The position numbers and the translations under genes are program-made. Positions 52,246 through 64,000 of a DNA stretch of 64,000 nt are shown here, piece by piece (within the stretch, counting starts at the first letter, position 1; each line of letters begins with the position of its first letter). The DNA is from Tubiluchus corallicola (Eukaryota > Animalia > Priapulida), in assembly GCA_030141605.1 (NCBI GenBank), contig JAQGDQ010000274.1, positions 62,001 through 126,000 of the forward strand. The letters run 5' to 3'. The notes beneath the pieces were generated by a model that searched no databases, had not been told where the DNA came from, and was given only the letters and a program-made list of their open reading frames with translations.

Positions 52246-52530
52246 CTGCAGTGAGCTTATTGACTGGACAGGTAAATTTTAATGAGTTGATGACTCGTAT
52301 TGGATTTACTAGAGATGAGCTTTGTGAATATGGCATGAAAGTCCAGAATGTAGAACTTTTGATACACCAATGTCCTCGAGTTGACGCAAACAGGCGACAT
52401 GTATTACTAAATAAACTGGGAAATGAGAAGTTAAATCTTGTGTATTGGACCAAGTTTAATATCAGCATTAACTTACTTTGTAAAGGACCCTTTTATTTTA
52501 AGATCCTGCTGCTAAATTTTAAGTAAAATT
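52246..52530 (+). mobile_element. Possible LINE ORF2 C-terminal remnant
   Basis: LLTGQVNFNELMTRIG...LCEYG...QNVELLIHQCP resembles the TGH...C.CG...HLL..CP motif. Confidence 0.5.
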
Positions 52531-52859
52531 GGGCTTAAATTTGTTTAATTTTTGAGATCATTGATTGTACCTCTTTGTGGACTTAAATATTGAATTGGAA
52601 TTTTAGTAATTCAGTACATTAATTTATCTGCATTTTTATGTAACTAGACATTAAACGTGCTTCATTAATAACCTTGATTTTAGCACTCACTTTAATACTT
52701 CTTGTTTAACATCACACTAAATAATGTTACACGCGAATTTTAAAAAAGCTAATTACAGAATGAGAAACATGTAATATTGTAGAATTCACTCTAATGTCCA
52801 TGTAAAATTGTTTAATGTTTGTGCAGAAATGTTTGAATGTAAAAAGAGACTAATAAAGA

Positions 52860-52967
52860 CTCGTCGTCGTCATCGTCATCATCATCGCCACCATCATCAT
52901 CGTCGTCATCGTCGTCATCATCACCATCATCATCATCATCATCATCATCAACAACATCAACAACAAT
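52860..52967. repeat. (CAT/CGT)n microsatellite
   Basis: Seen directly in the sequence. Confidence 0.9.
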
Positions 52968-54014
52968 TCGTCTCTTGTAATTTGCTTTGCTCAATGGTTC
53001 GATAAATATTAAAGTGTGGAAATATAGCATATACCATGTGTGAAAGTTAATTTGAATTTTACAACAGAGCCGAAGAATTCTTGCTGTAATTCGTTTATTT
53101 TTAACCTATTTCTGATGGCCTTCATTCGTGTCGTCAAATCTGAGACGTATTTTGAAAACTATTCGATGTGACGCCACAATGAGACAGAAACCGAGTTCGA
53201 CGCCACGAGGTGCTATTACCACAGTGACATCATTAATGATAAACCTAAATCTTTTTTAATTGTGAAATTCAAATCCTTTCTCACAAAAGATAGCTATCGA
53301 ACAGAAATGTATGTCACAATTCATAGACGTTAATGTACCGGTGGTAGAGCGTTTAATGTCATTATAATGGCAAATGACAATTTCACTCAGCCACACAGCA
53401 AGTGATTCAGTCCAGTATAAATACATGTACATTAAATTTAAAGCATTTAAACCTTGTCAAGCTTATTAATTTTTGAAGAATTTGAACTTGATTTGTTACT
53501 CAAGCAGATAGGAAATTAAACTGACACACACAGAATATATAAAAATTCACGTTTAAATTCAAATCTTTGTTCCGGTAACTGAGACCTTATTTTATGAACA
53601 TCATTTACTTTCGTAGAAAGACGCATGCGCAGTCAAGGTACATAAGTGGTTCATTTAAAACGAAGTTAGTAGCAAAAGTCAAATAAATATTATACACTGA
53701 TAACAACGAGCACGGATGTGCAGAACTAAAATGGCATAAAATAATTATAGTGAAATAAAAATTACAAAAGTAAATGCAGTAATAAAGTATATACAGGGTT
53801 AATAAATTAAGAACTAAATAAATGTTAGAAACTAATTATGTAATAAGTCAGATCTGACGAGTCTGTGAGAGTGAACAATAGCAGTTACTATTGCCAGTGT
53901 ACAGTAGTAACCTACTTCGAATGCTATGACACGATCTTTTGCGAATGTGATTGAATGACGGGGGGGGGGAGAAAATTTTACATACATGCCAGAAGCACTA
54001 CTACAGTCGTACTT

Positions 54015-54450
54015 TAAAGCAACACAGGATGATTTTCCATAAGCTACCCCATTTTCAAGTCCAATAAAAATGCACATTTGAACAAAATTAATATTGCAAA
54101 AGCGCTTCTGATAATTACATAATGGATTAAAAACTTAATTAACGGCGGGCGAGCCCACCTAGTGATGACATCACAAATGTAATTTTCAACAGCAAAAATA
54201 TTCTACGAGCGTGTTGCACGTGTTTGAGAAAGTGAAAATTGAAGTACAGTGCTACTGTAAGAGATTCAGTGTGTTGTACTAGGCAAGTTTTCTGATAAAA
54301 ATTTAAATTTCAACTTTATTGCTGTGTACACACATGAGCTGTCGAACGTGTGTAGTTCGTCACAAACTAACACATCTGAACCGAGAGGTACAGCACATGT
54401 TTTTTGTGCAACGCTTTCCGAAAGCAGGTGTTAGTGCCCGGCTAGTTAGT
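54015..54450 (+). mobile_element. K2 MITE (partial)
   Basis: TTAAAGCAACACAGGATGATTTT start with K2 body. Confidence 0.65.
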
Positions 54451-54479
54451 GAATGTCGAAATGCATAATTAGTGCAAAA

Positions 54480-54666
54480 TTTACTGTATCAATTTCTGTA
54501 ATCAATCAATCGTTAAATACATAATTAGTGCATAATGTTCTATACTCTAGGCTCTGCCTATATAAACTCGTTGCATGTTTTGTGTGTAGCTCTGTGCAAA
54601 CCTTTGACATGATTTTTTAACAAAGTAAATTAAAAGTTTTAACAAAGTTGTGGTGTTTTAACTATA
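54480..54666 (+). mobile_element. Solo remnant of the Penelope-like pLTR (hammerhead deleted)
   Basis: AATTAGTGCATAA...GGCTCTGCCTATATAAACT...CATGATTTT...TTTTAACTATA matches 50985-51145. Confidence 0.65.
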
Positions 54667-54762
54667 AGCCTGAATTTCTTTTTACAGATACAATAATTTT
54701 TGTAAAAGTGGCTAAACTTTACAATTTTCACACACAAGAAATTAGTTCGTGAAGTGGACTAA

Positions 54763-55068
54763 GATTAGGATTGGGATTAGGGTTAGGGTTAGGATTGGGT
54801 TAAGGTTAGGATAAGCGGTAGGGTTAGGGTTGAGGTAATGGCTAGGGTTGGGATTAGGGTTAGAACTGGGTTAGGATTAGGATTAGGGTTAGAATTGGGT
54901 TAGAGTTATGATTGGGATTTGGGTTAGGGTTAGAATTGGGTTAGGGTTAGAATTAGGGTTAGAATTGGATTAGTGATGGATTGAGGTTAGGGTTAAGGTT
55001 AAAATTGGGTTAGGGTTAGGAGTGGGGTTAAGATTGGGGTTTGAATTAGGTTAGGGTTAAGATTAGGG
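54763..55068 (+). repeat. Degenerate interstitial (TTAGGG)n-like tract
   Basis: About 50 hexamers: GGGTTA, GGATTA, GGATTG and GAATTG variants. Confidence 0.85.
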
Positions 55069-55387
55069 AATTGTAAACTGTACGACCAAAGTTAAAAAAT
55101 AGGTGTGATAATATTACTGACTGTTGTTCATGCAGCCGCATCGTTATAATTATAATTTAGTAGAATTATATCTATCGTATATTTCAGTAGAAGCTATTCA
55201 GTTATATTTCAAATTAAGTTATACTGGTGTTACAGTACGTTTCAAATATGATATACTTTCAAGGTAATAAAACAGCTTGAGTCACAGTCTGGGTTGAGAA
55301 GTGACCGCCTCCTACTCTGCCTGCCTTGCTTAATGCTTATTTCAAATACCGATTTCTTATAATTCATTTTCAATTTGTTAATGTAAT

Positions 55388-55990
55388 CAGTGGCGTAGTT
55401 GATGGGGTAGTAACCTCTCCCCCGAATACGTTTTTTTCAAAATTCGCACCTTTTCAACAGTTTTTTAATTTTTTTACCTCATTTGTGCGGTTGCTGAATA
55501 AGCCTTTATGGGTTAAAATAGATAAAGTCCCACCTTCGTTTTACAATGGGCGAGGATAAATTGTATAGGTTAGCTTTGCTCTCCATTGAAAGAGAGTTGG
55601 CTACTGAGGTGGGCAGTAATAAAGTTGTAAATTATTTTATTAAATTGAAGCCTAGACGAAAGAGATTGTTGTACTTCTTTTACGATACGTTTTGCACAAT
55701 GATTCGTTTTGTTTTCAGTTTACGTTTAAAAAAATAATTAAGTATCGCGCGTGTTTTTATTGTGTTTTGAGATTTATGAGTTTACTGTAAAACTTTGTAT
55801 GTTAATTTTAAATACAAAATAACAATTATGTACTTCCGTTAAAACTACATCTTCTTCGCGTTTTGATTTTAAACACGAAATTAAAATCAATGCAATGTAT
55901 AATAAATGCATTAAAATTTGCTTGGTGTGTGTCATGGTAACCTTTTTATGTGCTTGCTCCCCCTAACTTTAGAACCTGGATACGCCCCTG
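55388..55990 (+). mobile_element. Non-autonomous hAT element with transposase C-terminal remnant
   Basis: TIRs CAGTGGCGTAG ... ATACGCCCCTG; TSD aatgtaat/aatacaat (6/8); MGEDKLYRLALLSIERELA resembles the end of the hAT dimerisation domain. Confidence 0.8.
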
Positions 55991-57339
55991 AATACAATGG
56001 TTTAATGGCTGACGCGGACTGTTTCAAACATCAAACACTTGTTGAAGCCGCATTCATAGGTAGTTTTGACCTTGTAAAGGTAACATGACATACGTGATCT
56101 TAAACTTGTATCTAACCTATTTTTAGATATAATGAATATCAAATGTTATAAAAGCCTTCTGTCAAACTAACTCATTGGTAATGTGTAGATACTGTGTCGT
56201 AGAGCACATTCACATTCTCCCCCCCCCCCCCCCCCCACCCCGCTTAGACGGCTTAATTATAGATAATTATCTTGATTAGTTTATATAAGATAATTGCACT
56301 GTTTAGTATTGTTCGTTTGTTTTCACTGTTGTTTTGTGTATGTAAACATATAAAATATATATGTTAGCATTACAATTAATCGTTTCTCTTTTTTGGCAGT
56401 TATTAAACACAAGTAAGTACAGTGGTCAACATATAAATACGTATCTCTTTTTATTCAAGCTTTTTCGGTTTTGAATACTAAAAAAATCGTAATTTAGGAA
56501 TCTCGGACATTCAGTGCTTCTCCCCCTTTAAAGTACAAATTTTTAAAAAAAATTTCCGCTCTTTATTTAAAGTTTATAAAATAATAAAATTCATCGTATA
56601 CGATGCAGATGGCAGTCAAAGTCCAATGTATCACAGTTGGTTTACAGGGTAATTTGCACAGCAAAGCTACAACTTAAGCCTAGTTCAGTAGTGATTACAG
56701 AATGTTAAGAGGAATTCATCCCGAACTAGTTTTATGAATGCAGTAAGTAATTTCGGAAGTTTGTCAGTATAGATCTTACTAATGTCTCATGTAAATTCGA
56801 AACGAAATGAAGTATATTATATAATTAAAAAGATAGGCACTGTTTACTTTTATTGCAACTAATAAAGTGAGAGTACGCTGTCGAAATCTTCAAGGTGGTA
56901 CAAGCTTCTCTTCTTTAAGGGAATCAGCTCCTAACGGCTCATTTACTTGATAATTAGTATGACGTAATCAACACACCTTCTAGCTGTTCTTCATTTTCAG
57001 ATGTGCATGGCAACACTCATTTCATTAGCTGAAAACTCATCATTTTCAGATGTGCATGGCAACACTTATTTCTTTAGCTGAAAATAGGTCAAAGCTGCCA
57101 AATAAGACGCAGCATTTAGGCCACACAAGTGCATTTTTTGAATATAATGAGCTAATTTAATTTAAACATAATTTTATTACACAATTTGTACCAGAAAGTT
57201 TTGACAAGTTATGCGCGGGCAAACCCCGCTTAGTAAATTTAACAGCTGTTAGTGGTAATAGATAAATCTATATCAAAATATTCACAGTTATGGTTGTTAT
57301 AATTACCATGTTATAATTATGTTAATACAGTTGTTATAA

Positions 57340-58190
57340 TTACTTGGTGTGAGTAAATACAAACAACAAATGGTAAATAGTTAAATATTTAGCCTGCGCA
57401 CTAAACTGGTTTATCAGTAAACAGTAATCATGCATGTTTACAATATAGGATATAGTAGAAATAAATTAATCAATTCCAGTAATCATCATTTAAAACGTCT
57501 GGATTCGGTTATAAACAACTGTACACAATCAAATATCTTACAATTACCTACATAACTTAAATTTTCATCTCCGCGTAGTAACAAATTTAAAATATTTGCA
57601 ACTGCCAAATTTCTGACGTCATTGTTGTCATATAAAGCATTAAGGTTGTTAAACATTTTATTTCTTGGTATTATGCAGTTTGAGCAATTTAGAAAAAAGT
57701 GTTCATATGTTTCACTACAAGAACAGTAAGGTGATACTAGAGAACCATCATTATTTTTACAATTTTTAAGTGACAGGTCATAACTTAGCTGACTAAATCC
57801 TTTGCGCATGCGAGTTTGGTGAACTGAATTAGGACGTTTACCGTACGAAAAATGATTTGGATGTTTGTGAAAATCAAAGTACTTTTTCAGTTCAAGTTTC
57901 GATAAAGATCTTATTTCACGTAGAGACAAGGGAAGTTGATTCCATGAATCAATAGACGAAAGAAAGAATGATTTTTTAAAAGCCAACGTGTGAGAGAAAA
58001 AATTTCTGTAACTTCCAGCATTGCGCATAGGATAAAGTTTCTCACTTGCAATGGTAACATTCTGAATGAGCTAATTTGTAAGATGTATTTCTGAGAATTT
58101 GTAATGAAGTTGTTTTTACATAAGATAAGTGGATCTGGCGCAGTGAAATTTAGCTCGAGTATTAAAGGAAAGAACAACTCATTCTGCATG
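57340..58190 (-). mobile_element. 5'-truncated LINE (CR1/L2 group) ORF2 C-terminus and 3'UTR
   Basis: FKKSFFLSSIDSWNQLPLSLR...HQTRMRKGFSQL...CSCSETYEHFFLNC...IFDCVQLFITESRRF. Confidence 0.8.
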
Positions 58191-58540
58191 TTGTGTTTTT
58201 TTTACTGTTATCACTTAAATTTAGAAAAATATAACAAAGAGGATTGCAAAGAACTGACTATAAAGCATAAATCTAAAACAAACTAGATGTGAATAGAAAT
58301 TTTCAGGTGTGGTGGTTGCCGCCATTAACTTGAAAATCATGACGTAATTCAGAGATTTCGTGACTTTTCGTAAGCGCGTCGTGGCTTTTCGTAAGTGCGC
58401 TTTGCTTAAACTAATTCAAACTTCTGCAGCTGATCAAATGTTCACGCAAAAATATTACAAAATTAACCATCAAATATTTTTTGTACAAACTTATTATACT
58501 TTTGACGAAGATTGATAGTGCGCTACTTTTCTTCAAGACG
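58190..58540 (-). mobile_element. K3 MITE (partial)
   Basis: Aligns to 49125-49460. Confidence 0.65.
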
Positions 58541-59756
58541 GGTAAGTATTTGTATCATGATGTCAATTGTTCTTTGAGTTTTCTTTATCTCTAGCTAAGA
58601 ACTGCAGTGAAGATAAACAAAATAGAAAAATTTCTAATAATATGTTTTTCGAGAACTTCCTTTAGATACAAAAAACCTTCAGTCTAATCACTTTAAAATC
58701 GCACATTTCAAGAGGAAACAAACACATGTTTTCAAACTTCATACTAATTTTTCAGGGCTGTACGAAAAGTTTTCACCATTAAGAGAGTTGGATTCATTTA
58801 TATTACATACGAGCAAGTCGTTACTTGGACTTACACAAATCGCTTATTTTGACTGGAGTGACCAGGTTTAGGGCAGTGAGTGGTATAACTCACTTGTGCG
58901 ATACTGCGCATGCGTAGATAAGTTAAAGATCCGTAATGCGCATGATCGAGATGAAGCCAGCGACAGCATCAAGTTTTCGTTACAAAAACTCCGAAAACAT
59001 TTTCGTATCTTAGATCTTAGTGACAGCAAATAGAAAAGTCGTTAAACAAACAAAAAATAAATCTGTTTTTTTGTGAGGAAATTTTCTTGGCAAAACACTT
59101 GGCGACTATCTCGTATGAGGTAAAAAAAGAAGAAATAACCCAAAAAACTAGAATAGAAAAGATTTAACACTTTTCAAACTTATTTCACAAAAAAATCAGC
59201 GCAAAAAACAAAAACGAAATGCGAATAATTTCATTTTTTAAATATCTTTCTTTGTCTTTGATAAGATAACCAAATGTTTGTATTCCCCAAGTTGAATCTA
59301 TTCAACAAAACTACCGTATGTTCTGTGACACAACGCTCATCTCATGTATAATGGTATGATTCTAAGTGTGATATCGTTTTTGGAAAGGCTATGGAAATGG
59401 AGTGGTTGTTTATTCTTGTTTGGACAATAAACAATGCATGTATAACAGGTAAGTACAATCATTTTTATCACATGTAAATTTATACATGTATCACATGTAT
59501 CACATGACAAAAATCATGAATTTTGTCGTCACTTTTGAGCGAAGAAATTTGATTTGATATGAAACATTTATTAGTTTATTAATATTTTAGTTCGTTGCAC
59601 GTGCAACTGCCAAGCAAGAATTGGAATAATTTAAAGTAATCATTATTTTTCTGCCAGTGTTTTTTATTATTCTGGGAAAGTTGTCTTGGTTCTTGGAATT
59701 TTTTTCAAACGTGGTTTTGTTTATAACTGATGACACCATAATTTCTGGTGATAGAA

Positions 59757-60245
59757 CTGTAAACTGTAGGTCAAAACAATCTACTCTTTACAACATTGAA
59801 AGGAAGCAAACTATTTTTTCAAAAATGACTTACCTGAAAGAATTATTATCACACAAACGCAATTTAGCGTTTGTGCCACTAGTTCTTCGCTGTTACATGC
59901 ATTTTGCCATTCGCTAGTTAGCCATACGGGTAATAGTGCCTGCATTTTGAAAACGCATTGCACAAAAAACAAGTGCTGTACCTCTCAGTTCAGATGTGTT
60001 AGTTTGTCACAAGCTACACACGTTCAACAGTTCATGCGTGAGCACAGCGGTAAAATTTAAATTTAAATTTTCATCTTAAAACTTGTCGAGTTTTAGTACA
60101 ACACACTGAATATCTTACAGTAGCACCGTACTTCAATTTTCTCTTTCTCAAACGCGTGCAGCACCCTCGCTGAAAGTTTTTGCTGTTGAAAATTATGTTA
60201 GTTTGTGATGTTATCATTAATTGGTCTTATTCGTCGTTAATTAAG
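59757..60245 (-). mobile_element. K2 MITE (partial)
   Basis: Aligns to 28311-28700. Confidence 0.65.
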
Positions 60246-61094
60246 TACAATTAATGATGGCATCACAAACGAACATATTGCAAAAATTATACACTAGTAC
60301 AGAGTAAAGCAAATTACATCGTACAATGAATCAGTGTATAACCAGTCAGTGACAGACTGATATGTGCAATTCTGTCAGTTAGTGTTAGTTAAAAATCATA
60401 AGAATAAAAACACTAAAATACTATATTACATATCTACAAATTTGTCTACATAATGACATGATGATGACTTATGAAATTGTCAATTTTAATACTTTTTGAT
60501 AGTTTTTGCTACCTTTTTTGCCATGTAAGGTTCCGTACGAGTTGTATATTTTTATAGTATAGACACTTATGATGAGTTTATGACTGTAAAGCGTTACGCG
60601 TTTTTTATATTCTCCAATTACTGATGAAGTTGACTTTACTGTTTTTATATAAAGGTGTTTTGTGAGTTAGGAGTTACTTTTTTTTAGTTCTGTTTTAAAT
60701 GTTGTTAATCGGTCTTTTGATTTCGTACTTAAGGATGTTGAATTCCATAAGTTGATTGCTGTTTTACTTACTGAATTGTGTCCATGTGTATTTTTTGTAT
60801 GCAATTGTAAGTCCATATGTGTTTTTTGCAAATAACTGTTTTAGAATATAGGTGCGTTCGTTTTTATGTTTATCGAGCATAAATAATAAAATATTTTCCT
60901 TGAAAGCAGGAATTATATCATTTATATATTTAAATAGAAATATTAAGGTATGGTAATGAATATTTGATTCTATAGTTTAACCTATATTTTTTTCCTATTA
61001 TTTAACCGTCTACATTTAATCTATTATTTGATTACCAGTAATTCTTTTGCAGTATTAATTGTGTTAAAATGTACTTTTATTGTATATCATGTAT

Positions 61095-63119
<2,025 letters not shown>

Positions 63120-63367
63120 CACATTCAGTACAATATAATGTATTGTGGCGTAATGACATTAAGCACACAGTGACATCAGAATTATTACATCTACTGTATT
63201 AAATTGTTATGTTTCATACACTATCGTTATCATAAAAGAATAATTGTACTGCAGTGGGCTAGAGAAGCAAAGGCTTGTAGCCTTGTATAAGACATTGTAT
63301 ATAAAAACCGTCGGTAATTGACTCAAATAACTCCGCATAATTGACTCAATATTTTTCCTTCACACAC

Positions 63368-63833
63368 TTAAAGCACAAGAAAACCCTCCACTTAATGCTT
63401 AAAAATCCGCCCGAACTTTTATACCAGTTACGTACTGCCTTTTTGCACACAGGGCTTGCGTCGATAGTAACGCTGTACAAAACGTGTAAATTTAAACTCC
63501 GGCGATGACCGTTAGACGCGGCCATTTTGATAATAAGTCGTTTGAAACAAGTTTAGATAACACTGAATAAAGTTTGAAAAAATATTCAGAGCATTCGTAG
63601 CGCACATGTCACAAACTAAACATTTTCTTTTCTTCCCCTGATTTACGTTGTGCGTATGTTACGTCATGTAATGGCGCAATTGGAACAGTACTGCGGGAGA
63701 TTTAAAATGGAAACAAACAAAAATTCCTTTCAACGCGAGTACGATACACGCATAAAATTGCTGTAAAGTAATATAATTTTGTAAGGCGATTTTTCTGAAA
63801 CCTACTTCAGGTGGCCCTTTTCTTGTCCTTTAA
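63368..63833 (-). mobile_element. K1 MITE, internally deleted, both ends present
   Basis: TTAA-AGCACAAGAAAACCC ... CCCTTTTCTTGTCCT-TTAA. Confidence 0.78.
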
Positions 63834-64000
63834 AATAAGACGCTTGTGTGCCATAAGACTTTTACTGTTTTAGCATCATCGATTTCGTGCACTATAATAT
63901 ATGTAATACAGCGTTATTTGTAAGCATTTTGTTTGGAAAAATTTTTGATAAAATAATTATAATGTAAATTAAAGCTATGAGATGTAGGTTTGAGGGGGGT

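Noticed and set aside
57213-57235. GCGGG-CAAAC-CCCGC-TTAGT as a Helitron 3' end
   Set aside because: The terminus is TTAG rather than CTAG, with no matching 5' end or second copy in the window.
59727-59760. CTGATGA-CACCA...TGGTG as a possible hammerhead
   Set aside because: The required GAAA core is absent (reads GATAG) and no stem I pairing is seen.

Overview
AT-rich, repeat-dense eukaryotic DNA that looks like an invertebrate animal (spliceosomal introns, a MetaSINE-like tRNA SINE, degenerate TTAGGG); the species cannot be identified from the sequence. Three host genes are supported. (1) An intronless GMC-family FAD oxidoreductase (5679-7475, +). (2, 3) Two tandem minus-strand paralogues encoding secreted Gly/Ser/Asn/Tyr-rich (GYG-repeat) proteins: join(19444-19412,18049-16838), 414 aa, and join(33005-32976,32072-30567), 511 aa. 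Each has a signal-peptide micro-exon missed by the ORF track. They share a 31-aa motif (PYVYFRRHTIPYEDLxESTYTxHxxFHTPxP) that I do not recognise and that is conserved at protein level despite many synonymous changes. This family is the best candidate for an undescribed system. The rest is mobile DNA: a 6-kb head-to-tail stack of seven non-autonomous Helitron-like elements (9113-15125), a Penelope-like element with inverted pseudo-LTRs, minimal hammerhead ribozymes of two families, many TTAA-targeting Kolobok/T2-like MITEs, hAT and Tc1/pogo MITEs, LINE 3' fragments, SINEs, minisatellites and microsatellites. Boundaries of degenerate repeats are approximate, and TE family assignments rest on terminal signatures and motifs only, since no database search was possible.
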